A stretch of DNA of 57,524 bases from Spongospora subterranea f. sp. subterranea (GCA_049724395.1 JAUGWO010000039.1:62001-119524), one strand, 5' to 3'. Numbered from the stretch's first letter, positions 40,346-53,100 are shown. The notes: a model not told the origin generated them from the sequence alone. A program made the numbers and translations.

Positions 40346-40603
40346 TCACAAGATGGAGTCGGCCATAAGATGGAGTGGGCCCGTTATCACAAGATGGAGT
40401 CGGCCATAAGATGGAGTGGGCCCGTTATCACAAGATGGGAGTCGGCCATAAGATGGAGTGGGCCCGTTATCACAAGATGGAGTCGGCCATAAGATGGAGT
40501 GGGCCCGTTATCACAAGATGGAGTCGGCCATAAGATGGAGTGGGCCCGTTATCACAAGATGGAGTCGGCCATAAGATGGAGTGGGCCCGTTATCACAAGA
40601 TGG
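39979..40603. repeat. 23-bp array (reverse orientation) grading into a 41-bp higher-order repeat x6 (40340-40603)
   Basis: CCGTTATCACAAGATGGAGTCGGCCATAAGATGGAGTGGGC with period 41. Confidence 0.95.
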
Positions 40604-40794
40604 AATTCGACCGGCACCAGTTGTTTAACCCGACTCGTATTCCATAGTCGGGTTGGAAAGATGGAGTTTGTCGTTGTCTTCTTGTGAACACGACTCGTAA
40701 ATCATGATTGGTGTCCCCCCTGATAGACCATCATGCGCCTCTCATGACCGGGCAGCGTGTCGTTCGTGTTCGTATGTTTTGAACGTCTAAGTCC

Positions 40795-41440
40795 CTAAAC
40801 ATCACCACAAGCCGTTTTGAGTTGCGTACCAGAGTCGGAGACCCAAATGCATGCAAGGAAGTTGAAACAAACAACCCCATTGTAAAAGTGCAGAAACGAC
40901 CGTATCAGTGGTCGTTTGAACCGAAGGTGAGAATCAGGATGCAACGAAATTGGTGATTTGAGTTCACGCCGGGTTGCCGGATAAAAAAGAAAATCAAAAT
41001 GAAGCAGTTGATGAGGAGCGTCTGCACGAATAGCAGAGCTCAGAGGGCTCCCGGGTGCGAACGGGTCCTTTACACGAAAGGCAATGAAGCGGGTGACATC
41101 GGTCTTCAAATCACGCCAAAAGAAAAGAGCTGGGACTGCGACGCGTTTCAGGAGTTTCATCAGACAGTGTCGGCACTTCACGACGAGCCCAGAGAGCAAA
41201 ATCACCGGCGATGAAATTAGGGAACTTAGCTTTGATGCTTTGTCGAGACTTGGAACGTTGGTTGCCACGAGATGCAGACACTGTCTTATGTATCTCCTGA
41301 AACGCATTCGCAGGCAAAACGAATATGCCCTGCTCCAGGTTGCGGCCTCCACCACTGTTCAAAAAGTGCAAAGTGATCAAAAAGTGATCTGTGTGCGTCT
41401 GTGGATTGCATGCCGGGCGCGCGCGCATTCTTCCCGATGA
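40795..41440 (-). mobile_element. Gypsy integrase remnant
   Basis: FFWRDLKTDV..F...PL..AIRA..PHQLLHFDFLF...WVSDSGT. Confidence 0.7.
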
Positions 41441-41494
41441 TCGGGCAATGAACAATACACGACATAGTGTATTGTTCGTGTCGTTCAAAAAGTA

Positions 41495-41566
41495 CTCCGA
41501 AACGGGGAATTGAACCCCGGTCTCACCCGTGACAGGGGCGAATACTGGCCACTATACTATTTCGGA
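41495..41566 (-). tRNA. tRNA-Asp (GTC)
   Basis: TCCGAAA/TTTCGGA-G acceptor stem, CGCCC-CTGTCAC-GGGTG anticodon arm, GGTTCAATTCC, T5 terminator. Confidence 0.95.
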
Positions 41567-41659
41567 CATTTCGTTGATGATGTGTACAGATTATCCGTAT
41601 TATAGGTTCTAGTATTCTGCCGAAAGGGGGGATGTCGATGTTCAAAGGTTGTTTAGGGT

Positions 41660-42620
41660 TTTTCAGTTGTTTATTCAAGAGTTTACGGTGTCTACGTGGG
41701 GCTTCGCATTTGGACGAGTAGGGCGCACATATCTTGCAGAAATTGCTTCGATAGAGCGCCTACCACGCCCCGGCGCTTCAGCCACCGCTCCGACATGAGG
41801 GAGGGAATCCTCCAGTTGTAGAGACGATGGGCGTGAACGGGGCAAGGAACGCACTCTCGTCTTTGCGATTCTTCTCCTGCTCCCTGGCGTTAAACATACG
41901 GCGGATTGTGGCCTTGGTGTCGTGCCTTGTCTTGGCGGGTTGGTTGCGTCGGATTTCACAACGGTCAGCATGAAGAAGCGTGGCGGGCTTGGCGCAGCTC
42001 GGGCAAATCGTCGCCGTTTCTGCATTGATCAGAAGGCGGATGGTCAACGCCGATCTTTGCCTGAGGGTTTGATAGCTCAAAACGTGGGCAAGGTACGGGA
42101 CGATTTATTATCATGCTTGCGACACCGGGGACATTCATCTGTTCGAACATGGGGCGGCTCGAAGTCGTGGCGAGTGAGAGGCGTGGAGGGCTTCGGAAGT
42201 GTCGCGCTGGATCTCGGGGAGGCGTCGGGGCGGCATGTCAGGAAGTTCACACCGGGGAAGTTGGTGATGATTGGTTCGCATCTTCGTGAGCCAAGCTGAG
42301 GATAGGGCCTTCGACTCTCGTCCAGGATCAGGTCCTAGTCGGTGATGCCGATGCCGCCCAGCCGGACAGGAAGAGTCGCGACGGTCTTGGAGATGAGGTT
42401 CAGGTCGGGGACGCCACACATCGCACGAAGTCCTTCCAGAAGTCCATCGGCTGCGCGGCGCCATTCGACCGACAGAGGGAGCGTGTAAGATGGGTCAAAG
42501 TCCTCGGGACGTGAGCAGCGCCTCCTGATGACGGAGCTCGAGCACCTTTGGAATCACAGCCAACATGGAGTCGACCTTGACAGCCAGAAAAGTTCGTCGT
42601 AACCCGCAATCAGGTTTAGA
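41660..42620 (-). mobile_element. 5'-truncated CRE/RLE-type non-LTR retrotransposon remnant
   Basis: TLPVRLGGIGI (~42340-42400), CPSC..LLHADRC...TRHD, AREQEKNRK...APFTPIVSTTGG, terminal AATAAA. Confidence 0.8.
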
Positions 42621-43029
42621 AGAGTGTGAAGCAACCGGAAGTGCCAACGCCATTGGGTCTGACATGCTTGATTCCGGCAGTCAATGAAGGAATCGCAACA
42701 ATGGACTGGAACCCTTTATTTTTTTTTTCGATTTTCGCTCCTGAACAGGTTTCAAATCGGTTTTGTGATGTGATGGCGAAGAACTGAAACTAGCGTCGAC
42801 AAATCAGGCAGATTGGAACAACCGATGAGTTTCTAGTTCGGCTGGTGATTGACGTCATTCCCTCATCTACCTACAGTAGTATCGGCACCACAAGATCTTG
42901 CCGTAATCCTGTAAGAGCTCGTGAAGCATCGCCACCCGAATTAGAACTCATCGGTTTTTAGAATCTGCCAAAACTGAAGGAAAGTTGAACCACCGAGGCC
43001 CAAAACCCCTGCGCCCACGAACGTGGAGA

Positions 43030-43620
43030 CCGGATGATATCTGGTAGAACTCGTGTGCCTTTTCCCAACCCTTCATCTGTTTCAGGACTAAATCCAAATC
43101 CAACAAAGAGTGTTATTCCATGTCAGGTAAAACTTCCTGGGGCGCCAGTCGTCCAACCGTCCCCAGATTTATTTGTTTGTGCTATTCTGCTCATTGGCAA
43201 ACGAATCATTCACGTCGACTGAGATTTGCCACACTTCACCGGTGCTGCGCGTGGAGACCCTAAAACCGGTTTTTTGTTCATCAGGCAAACGTCGCTTACC
43301 GTCCATCAACGCCTTGAACTTAACAGAACAGCTAATAACCATTTGAAGCAGTTTGCATTAAACTGCAATCGGGGACGCAAAGTCGTTCTGGTTGCCATTA
43401 CTCTACTTCTAACTCTTGATTAACAACCTTGGCAATTCTCGTGCTCGTTTGAACCTCTGGGCTGCGACATTTAGATCTCCATCAAACATTCTGTTATTCG
43501 GTGGCTCCTCATCTTCTGTTCTTTATCTATCATTAAACTCCCTTCAGCAATTCGGTCTTCCTCATCGAGCATTTGCCATTCAGTATTTGGCTCTCTGGTC
43601 TAATACACGAGCTGATGCAT
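43030..43620 (-). mobile_element. Highly degraded Gypsy integrase remnant
   Basis: RLCVP, VWQISVD and SSTRYHP across frames. Confidence 0.45.
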
Positions 43621-44449
43621 GAGTTTTCCAACAGCCGTCGATGACGGTGCCGACTTCAAGATCATCTGTTCTAACATAAGGAGCCAGTTGGCGCCCGCTT
43701 CTCTTGATACTCACCCCGAAGAGGTTTCCTCACGCTAGCAGCAAGCTTCACAGCGATCACTTTTCTACTCTGATCGATCTGCATATTTCAGTAACCGTTG
43801 TCGGGCCCGGTCGTCACCTCGTTTATTGATCTAGAGATGCCCCACATTCTACTTGGACGTTCATGAATATTGTGCCTAGGTAAAGACGTTGAACAACAGA
43901 CACGTGATATTTCCTGTTGGAGACGAAGCCGAGACGAAGGCGAGGCAGAAGAGAAGGAAGGAGGAGAAGGAACGGTGGGCAGGTTCCGTGACAAGCCCTG
44001 AACAAAACTGTATATCGGAATGACCATAATGGCTCGTCATTCCTGTTCAAATACGTATCGGCCAACAGTCTGTGGTCTCAGAACATTCCTGTTTCTGAGG
44101 AACTTTTCTGACTACAGTACGTTTTCTGATTCTGTCAAGGGACGACCACGACTCTTGACATTTGCGAGCAGTTCCCAACTCGAAACTTTTACTGTTCCGC
44201 TGGCAAGCATCCGAGTCAGTTCAGTAGAGGATGTCGATGAATCAGACTCTGATATTTCTGATTTTGGTTTGGCCGAAAAAAAAAGCGGATAATGTCTCAG
44301 CTCTGAATCGGGGCATCAATGCAGCAGTGGCACGATGTTCGGAATGTGAACGATCGTTGAAATACTGATATCGTGTTGATAGCGATATCATAAAATTGCC
44401 CTGCCGCATTTTCGGCCTGCGCTTCTCAATGCCCTGACTTTTTACAAAT

Positions 44450-45250
44450 CCTTACCCATGAACAGTAGCCAACCAGCGACTTTATGGTTTCTGTAAACAG
44501 AAAAGTGTTGGTTGGCCCCAATGTTCATGGTGAGGAATTGCCACCTGTCAGGGCGGTTAACGGAATAGAAGCAGATCAAATACGGCTGCCCAAATTCATG
44601 ACGTTGCTATCAACAAATAAATCTTGACGATTGTTCTCGTACCGGAAATCGTGAAATGTTAGGTGCGCGCCATCAACAATGTTCGGCGTTTGTAGACTCC
44701 GAACGAATGCGATGAAATCAACCGATTCGACACTAGTCAGAACAATTTCAGAAACGCCAACAGGATTGACCCCAGGACTCTAGAACCCATCTGAAACCAC
44801 GAAGTTCTGTAGACCTCTTTGCCAAATCACCCCACAAATGGTACAATGACAAACGGACCACTTGCCAGACCAGGTCGCTTCTTCACCATCCAGCCTCGTT
44901 GGCACTGTCTTATAATGAGGTTGCCTTGTCTTTTGAAGTTCAGCCGCCTGGCTGTCTCCTCGGAACTACACTACGAATCCCCATATTAGTTATAAGTGGT
45001 AGAAGGATTAGTTTCAAGAGGCTTTTCTCCTCTTGGTTTTATAACGAGGTCCTCAACACACGCCACGCCTTCTGGCCCTAGCTAGATAGACTGTTGTGTT
45101 CCTGGCGAAGTTCAAATTCTCGGCTCATCATTGGCTTGCCGGGCGGAGACGCCTTAGGACACAAGCTTTCTCACCTTCCCAAACCACATGCGAAGACTCT
45201 GCCATTTTTTGAGGCCTGATGAGGATTATTTATCGCACCAAATGTTTCAG
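44450..45250 (-). pseudogene. RecQ-like helicase remnant
   Basis: KSLL..LLP..G..SVVP (motif I/Ia), IVLTSVES..FIAFV..L..IVDGAHL..HDFR (motif II), PLTALT (motif III). Confidence 0.55.
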
Positions 45251-45531
45251 CATCCCGATGTCATCGTCAGAGGCGTCGATAACCTTCGCCGCTGAGCTGT
45301 CCGGCAAGATCTCGCCATCCGTCGAAGTCTCGCGAGAGGCGGTCTTCGTCAATCAATGCGAGGTGGTTCAGGCGATCGACATCTTCTCATGAGCCGAAGT
45401 TCGACCAGAAAATCCAGCACGTGATCAACGGCATAACCAGAAATTCTGCTAAGGCTTCGCAATGAATGTCTGCAGTTGATGGCTTCGAGCGGACTGAGAA
45501 GTTGCATCTCGACACAAGGGGATCGGCTGTT

Positions 45532-46220
45532 TCACTGCATTAAAACCCATTTACAAAAAAAAGCATTGAGTATAATCGCTGGTTGGACGAGGTCCACAAA
45601 ATCGGCACCAACGACGTTGCCCACAGTATCGTCGAACCTGCTGTCATTGTGCCTGACCCGGCTGTTGTCCCGTTCCGAATGAACAGATCGGTGGCGGCGG
45701 TGCACAATGCATGGGAGGAATGGAGATACGGTGGTATACAACCCGCGTCCTATGAGGGAGCATTGGAATGTGGCGGCGAACCGACCTTGGATTGGGGTTG
45801 AGCGCGTACTTGCATTTCCTACACACCAAAATGGCAAAATCAGCATTCAATACGATTTCATTCAAAGTAAAAACGGAGGGTGGCGGGGAGTTGATGTGAT
45901 CTTTGGCTTGATGAGGGTTGGTGTGCACCGTTGATCTGCAGCACGGGATGACATGCCTGTGCACCGACCTAGGATGTTCAACAAAAACATCGCAATGGGC
46001 ATTGGGACATCCGAAGCCATCTCTGCCATCCCTGGTTGATCGGGTGACACGAACATGAAGCCCAGGGATGGCAAAGATGGCTTCGGATGTCTCAATGCCC
46101 ATTGCGATGTTTTTGTTGAACATCCTAGGTCGGTGCACAGGTACGTCATCCCGTGCTGCAGATCAACGGCGCACACCAACCCTCATCAAGCCAATGATCA
46201 CATCAACTCCCCGCCACCAC
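45532..46220 (-). pseudogene. DUF3505/OrsD-like zinc-finger remnant
   Basis: ILVCRKCKYAL..SVRRH and IPGL..DGFGC...C.....RH; scrambled by a fold-back duplication. Confidence 0.5.
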
Positions 46221-47639
46221 TGACGTGGCTCTGTTCCCAACTGAGAACATGCCACGACGAGTACGTTCGTGAGTTTTATTGGGCCACGGCCACAACCTGG
46301 AGTCGCGTCCCGGCAAGAAATGGAGAGGTGAAGAACTCCGTTCAAAAGAAGTTTTTTCCAGACGAAAACTGACCTTGGAGGGATTTTGCGATTCAACCGC
46401 ATTGAAGAGTGCTCAACGACATCCGCGTTTCCAACTGCGTTACGCTTGGAGCTTTTAAATCAGTCGCTAAATGCTACCTCATCTGAGACAGAGCTCGTCG
46501 CTTTTCAGTTGCCTTCCCGCAATATGACCTACAGCGATGCTGGCGCAGAACGTTTTCTTTTGGGTGCGATTTATTGATGTGTGGCTGCCCGTGGACGCCG
46601 ACCCTGTACTAACGTGCCCGCTCTGTTCAAGCGAATATTTGAATACAGCGCCGCCCTGCGTACTAGAACGCGCCATTTTGAAACTCTGGATCTTCAACCG
46701 GAATGAGAATGTCGAGGAAGTTGAAATCCGGGAACCCGATGTCGACGACATATTCTTCTCAAGCGACGGAAACTTGCACGTACTTTCTAGTAAAACGCCT
46801 TTTTCTGTTAGATCGCGGTATTCAGATACGGTGCTGTATTGGGAACCAGTACGTCAGAGGCAAATGGCAACATGGATGTGGGAGCGAGATCGCGTTTGTC
46901 GCAAGAACGGTTGCGCGTTGAGCGACCCGACCGGAGAACGATTCCTGCCCGAGCGAATCGGAAACATCAGCCGGACGAGGGCGTCGGCAGAGAAGTCAAC
47001 AGGGACGTCGAGCGAAGCAGGTTTGCGTCCCCCGGCCGGATGCAGTTCTGCAGACGTTGTGTACTGCATGCATTGGGTGGCGCGGGATGGCGTTGACGAC
47101 GGAGTCGGACCCGCGAGTCGGAGAAACGAAATTGATTGGACAGAGTTCCAAGTGCGGTCATGTATCGTTGCACACATGATAGGTGCCTGGATGGCGATAC
47201 TCTAACGTCGGGGGATCGGGCCCCATTCCGACGTCTGCCCAGCAACGTCCTGGTCAGCGTATTCCAGTTTCATCTGCCCCCGGTCGACCGCTCGTTCGTC
47301 GACGAGTTCCCAGCCGAACTCGCCATCGTGTTCCGCCATCGCGCGAACTTCTACAGGAAAGAAGATGGACTCCTCGTGGCCATTGAAAACCTCGAGCCGT
47401 ACGACATGTGTATTTTCTTGACTTCGATTTCTGGTTGTTTTACTCTTTCTTCCCAAATCTGAACCCGATTTGTCGCTCTTTCATCTGCGCTGTGGTCATT
47501 ATAATGTGAATTTGTTGTTTGGCCAAAAAATCCTGTTTTCGAATATCATTTTTGCGTTTCAATGAATGGATTTGAGCAAAATTCTTCTTTGGTTCTAGCC
47601 CTGAATTTTGCCATCCTTTGTGTTTAGAGTCGGGGTAAT

Positions 47640-48860
47640 ACAAGTTCTACTTGACCGTGAATGTGACGTTGCCGCTCGTGGTAATTATTTCAGCACCGCG
47701 TTTGTCTTGGCAGCACGTTTCGAGTGCGAGTAAGATTACGACCGAACCCCAGTCTGTGGAGCCTGAGCTTGTTCAGACCGGAGATTGGAGCACTTTTGCT
47801 GAAATATGGGGCAGATATCAATGACACCGACTGCCGATATTATACGGCGCTGATGTATGCTTTGTTTTTTGGCAGGTATTCATCGAAGTGCATTGCAGTT
47901 AATTTTTTCCAGAATAGACCGACAGTAACTTGCGTTGTTGAATTTCCTGGAATTCGCTTTCGCCGGTTGTCATCACATTGTTCTCAAATTTATCATCAAT
48001 TGATCATTGACGCCAGGCTATTGGTAAATGTTTATTTCCTCAGCCTGAGTCATTTCTAATCATGAATCTTGGATCATGTTTGGTGACGCTAGTATTTGAA
48101 ATACCCTGTGTTTCTCCTCAGTGTCAAAATCGATGATGTTTTTTCAAAGAGTTTGTACCAATTGTGTGTGTTTCAGTTAACCCAGAACGTTCTTCTCCAT
48201 GCCATATCTGTGTTTTGACTGTGATCAGGGTTGATTGGGTCGAAATGCTTTTGAAGAACGGGGCGGACGCCGCCGCTCGTGGTCGTCGTAATCAGTCCGC
48301 GTTAATCTATGCAACGATGAGCGACGTCGAATGCGAGTAAGACTCCGGCCGAATCCAGTCTGTGAAGCCTGAGCTTGTTCAGTGTGGAGATTGGGTACTT
48401 TTGCTGATGGCACTGACGAATGATTCGCAATTTGGCAGGTATTCACTACATGCGGTCCATTTCAAACAAAAGTTACAGATGAGAACCTGCGTGTTTGATT
48501 TTGCCCTTGACTTCTCGATTTTTTTCTCTGTGTCCACATAGCTGCCTATAGAATTGGGGACCATAATTGACGCCAGGTTTACGGGAACAATTTCTCGACC
48601 TAAATCATCTCGGACATTCATCGTTAATCTTGTTTGATCGACACTGTTATTCAAAATGCCTTGTTATGATATCTCCATATAGTCATTATTGTTGGTTTTC
48701 CAAGCTTTCTGTGTTACAGCAGTTGATTGTTATTTGTGATCAGGGTTGATTGGGTCGAATTGCTTTTGAAGAACTGGGCGGACGTCGCCGCTAGGGACAA
48801 GAATGATCGCACCGCTTTACTGTGGGCAATAATCGAACAAAGCGAGTAAGACTCCCCTCG
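47640..48860 (+). pseudogene. Fragmented ankyrin-repeat gene
   Basis: LLLKYGADINDTD..TALMYA; VEMLLKNGADAAARG..SALIYA; VELLLKNWADVAARDKNDRTALLWA; repeated GTAAGA donors. Confidence 0.7.
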
Positions 48861-50099
48861 AAATCCATTATTATTAAAGGCTGTATTGATTTCAGTTGGT
48901 ACCAACCCTTTACCAACGCAAACATGCTGTTAATGTTGGTCAAACAAATGTAGGCGTTTTCTTGTTGGTCATTTCTCAAAATCTGTCCACGCGGTCGCCG
49001 CAAGAGCGGTACTCCTGAAATGTGCGTTTTGCAATTGATTGATATAACGAGGAGAGAGCCGAGTCGCTCAGAAATTTTTGAGCAATGGGAAACCGAGGTA
49101 CCTACAAGACGAATTCGTACCACAGGCAACATCGTTGCCTAGCGTGAAATCCAGGAGTTTTCATGCTTATAAAACATTGTCAGTTTTCATTATGTTGAAT
49201 TGTGTGACAAGTATTCTTGCATCGTATAGTTTGAGAATCGTTGGTCAATTCGATTGTATCGGCGTCTAATGCTAATGACGCAGGTTCTGGTATGGTGTGG
49301 CTCTTGCGACGAGATGTCACTGGTTTCATCGTCTCTTCGTAAGTTGATGCTGTGTCCGAGCCGCATAGTCTCGATTTGACCGAATGTACCAGATATGAAC
49401 AATCGGGTGAAGCGTCCTCTCGTAGTCCGAAAGCGAGTGCCATCGCCAGACGGGTTGGGGCATCCCATCGTAATAGATGGGGCGATCGCGAAGAAATATT
49501 TATACATGACAGCAAAAATGGGATCGTTGTCGGGTATTAAATACTACGACAGCAACGGTGTATTCCTTCTGTCTTAAACGAATTGTACCATCTGCGCTGA
49601 ACGGTCGTACCTACAGGACACCAAATTTGAAGCAGAACAGGGGGGGGGACCAAAAAGTCTCTGGCCGGAGAATGGCGCGTCCTGGCGCAGGAGAAACCTT
49701 TTCCGTTAATATTCAAGTTCTCTTCCATCATGGTCTGGAATCGAAACGCTTCACTTGGCTTACCGGTCATCTGGCTTTCGGTTGCGTACTGGTTTTTTAA
49801 TCGGAACTCTATAATCCTAAATCCCAAATTCCCTAACTACCCTAAAATCACTTTTCAGGATTTACCGATCGTCATGCAACCACACAACCACACATTACAG
49901 AAGAGATGTTGGACTTGCCACCATGGCTGAACCATAAGCCGATTGCCGTCTTTTTACAACAATCAGCGAAACATGAAGCAGCGATAACCTTCAAAATAAC
50001 TTCAACTACTAAGAAGCTCAACGAGCTGAAAGATGCTGCAAGAACAGGGATTTCAACACCACTAAGTTCCTACCTAGACAAAGCCATCAAGATCACGTT

Positions 50100-50400
50100 A
50101 ACCAACTACCCTGATCAAAAAGTCATTAAATGCGAATATATATATCATTAGGTGGTTGTTTTCAACCTTTGAAAATAGTTTGAAAGTGAACTTGGCGAAA
50201 GTGTTGCTTAGCGGACGTTGAGTCACGATGTGCAATTGACAGGTGTTTACGAGTGGATTGCTTCTCCCGGCTGCATTGCAAACATAGAGTACATTTGAAA
50301 CCAAAATGCAATTTTATTCCAGACACAAAATCGAAAGTTGTCACGCTAGAAACCATATAGGGTTGAAGAAAACGATGATCACTGTCCGCTACTTCATTAA
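50100..50400 (-). pseudogene. Second DUF3505-like fragment
   Basis: GIKLHFGFKCTLC..C.......HL...H......QVHFQTIF. Confidence 0.45.
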
Positions 50401-50404
50401 TCAG

Positions 50405-52830
50405 GGATGACAAGCGTTGGAGGAGGCATAATCATTCTTTACCCCAGGTTGCACCCAGAATTCAACTAAATCGAAAAAATACTCGAAAGCACTGCACTTA
50501 TTCGTGTGAGGATTTGGAGAGTGTAATTCCGGTAGCGCTGAAAGTGACAAAAATTGCAGCGATGAGACGGTTTGCCAAGGAAATCTTTCCGGTATATGGA
50601 TGCTTCTTGGGAGCAGAAAGGAATATGAACGCGGCCCGCGCTTCTTGGCACTTTTGGCAATCGGTGGTCGAATACTGGCGAAACCAGACGGCACCGCTTC
50701 GAACAGATGATTCGACTGGAACTGGTTCTTTCGAGACGATACATAGAGCGTTGAAGGCCATCATTGTCAGTTTGAAAGCAGCGACACTGTTCTGCCCGAC
50801 TTGAACGACTTCCTTGTCGGCTTGCATTAGATGGTGGTGACGGAAGTTAACCTCGGGCACTATGATTTGGGCATAGGCGTCATCGTCAAAAGACGGCACA
50901 ACTGCCGACGTGCCTACATTGACGATGGAGGCGCCAAGGCAGTTTTTACTTTCGATAACTCTCAAAACCATCGAGCTATGCCGCCTGATGGATTTGTTGC
51001 TTCAAGGTTAAATCTGTGTGATGGTGGAGAAAAAGGTAGTGCATATGAGGTCATGATAGTATGTTTCCGGTGGACAACGGATTACTCATGACATGCAGTA
51101 GTCATGCAATTAACGACTGTGTCAAAAAGAAATTCGTCAAATTCGTACCGAAAGGTGCCTTTGGCCCACTTCTGGGATGAGCTTGAACGATGCGCGTTTA
51201 CTGCTTTCGAGCCAACCCGATTTCTCGTCGCAACAAGAATGGTTACAAGAGAAGTCCTGTGCGAGCGATATTTACTGACAGCGTATTCAACTTGCCGGTT
51301 GTTGAAAAAATCCAATTCTTCTCCCGGTAAGCATCCATATGGAAAGATTTCTTGGCAAACCGTCTCATCGTTGCAATTGTTGTCACATCCAGCGCTATCG
51401 GAATTACCCTATCCACGTTCTTGAATGAATACGTGCAGTGCTTTGGAGTGTACTTTTCGTTGCGCCCCAAACATTTTTGATCCAGTTGCACTCTGGGCGA
51501 AACTTGGTGTAAAAATGATTATGCCTCCTCCGCTTGACACGGTCTTTTGTAACCATTTCTTGTTGCGACGAGAAATCGGGTTGACTCGAAAGCAGTAAAC
51601 GCGCATCGTTCAGGCTCATCCCAGGAGTGGGCCAAAGACACCTTTCGGTACGAATTTGACGAATTTCTTTTTGACAAAGTCGTTAATTGCATGACCAGAT
51701 TCAGTGGTAAACTGCATGTCTTGAGTAACCCATTCCCCACCGGAAACGCACCATCGGACAGATTTAACGTTGAAGAAACAAGCCCATCAGGCAGCATAGC
51801 TTGATGATTTTGGGAGTTATCGAAAGCGAAAACTGGCTTGAAATTAGGATGATGCACCAGAAAGACAATTAGCGCTAACTTCGTCTGCTTACAAAATCCC
51901 TGTTGGTCCAATATCCATCTGCGTTATACCTGGCTTTATCAACTTGAGAGTTGTAATGGTTGAGCCAACTGATCCGAAAGCTGTGATTCTGGAATTGCTT
52001 CAGCGATTTCATTCGTCATCAAAGCTTCCATATGCCAGTGGCACTGGCAAACCCAGATCCTTTTAACCTCAGAATCTGACGATCGCCTTCGAATCAATTT
52101 GTCTTCTTACTATCATCTAAATCAAAGCAATTCTCGTCATGAGTTAATAAAACCAGCGAACTTTTGTTTGGAAGACCTTCGACAGGAATCACACTTTCCA
52201 TGTTATCGCCCTCGTACTTGTCCATGCGCGAGTAAAGCTTCGCAAATAACTCTAGAAACCTAATAAAAAGCAGCAAAGTGGGCTAACGTGTAAAAGCAAA
52301 GGGTTGGGATTGTCGTACCGTTTCCGATACTCAACAACATCTGAGCGCTGATTTCCATCTGTTTACGTCGAACTCTTCGATGCTGTCTGGATGTGTAAAA
52401 CCGTCATCATCAACTTCATCCTGGACAAATAATATGAACATCTGCTGTTTAATATTTACCTGAACCAAACCAATGTGTGATCTTTTACAACCAGTCATGG
52501 ATTGTTCTCTAACCGCCTTTCTTTTTGTTTTTTCAAATTGGGACGATCTCCCATCACCTGTGTGAGACGTTCTAAAATGCGTATCTGAACCAGGAGTTCA
52601 TTTTAAAACACTTGATGCTACAGGTTCATTGATTTGGCAAAGCCAGTCATCTGACTTAGAAATTACAAAATTGTCATCATTCTCCGACGCTAAACTCTCG
52701 GAACAGGAGAAATTATCGTGGAGAGAAGGGACAAAAACAAATCACATCTTCAATGCCGACCGTACTGATTTTGCGATGACCGAATTGCGTTGCTGCAAGG
52801 TTCACAAAATGTTTTCGACGCTTGTTCACA
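50405..52830. mobile_element. Interleaved degraded copies of an IS630/Tc1-related DDE transposase (both strands)
   Basis: DG.QR.DVVEYR, LTHDE, FDNSQNH..M.PDG, QPDF..Q and F.PE.NWI..VWG motifs. Confidence 0.8.
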
Positions 52831-53100
52831 GGGAGGCATGCCATGATTTTAGTATTGCAGGACGTAAAGCGTAGAAAAGATCAAGAAGGGGCACCAATAA
52901 AGTGGACCGGGTCCTGGCCAGGCAAGAGCCTGAATGTGGATAGAAGACGAGGATGTGCCAGCGATGTAAGAGCTCACCAAGTCCGCAAGTTGACCGCATT
53001 TAGTGCGCTCGCATTGGTAGACTTGTCACAGTGCGTGCATTGCTGCGACTATAAGTGCGCTACTACAAAGTGCGAGGCGATTTGCGAGCGCAGTTTTATC

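Noticed and set aside
41620..41640. Polypurine tract plus TG as an LTR start upstream of tRNA-Asp
   Set aside because: No LTR body or partner follows; the sequence runs into the LINE 3' end
46850..47462. F-box-like gene (FRRLPSNVLVSVFQF)
   Set aside because: A single weak motif, upstream stops and no coherent gene model
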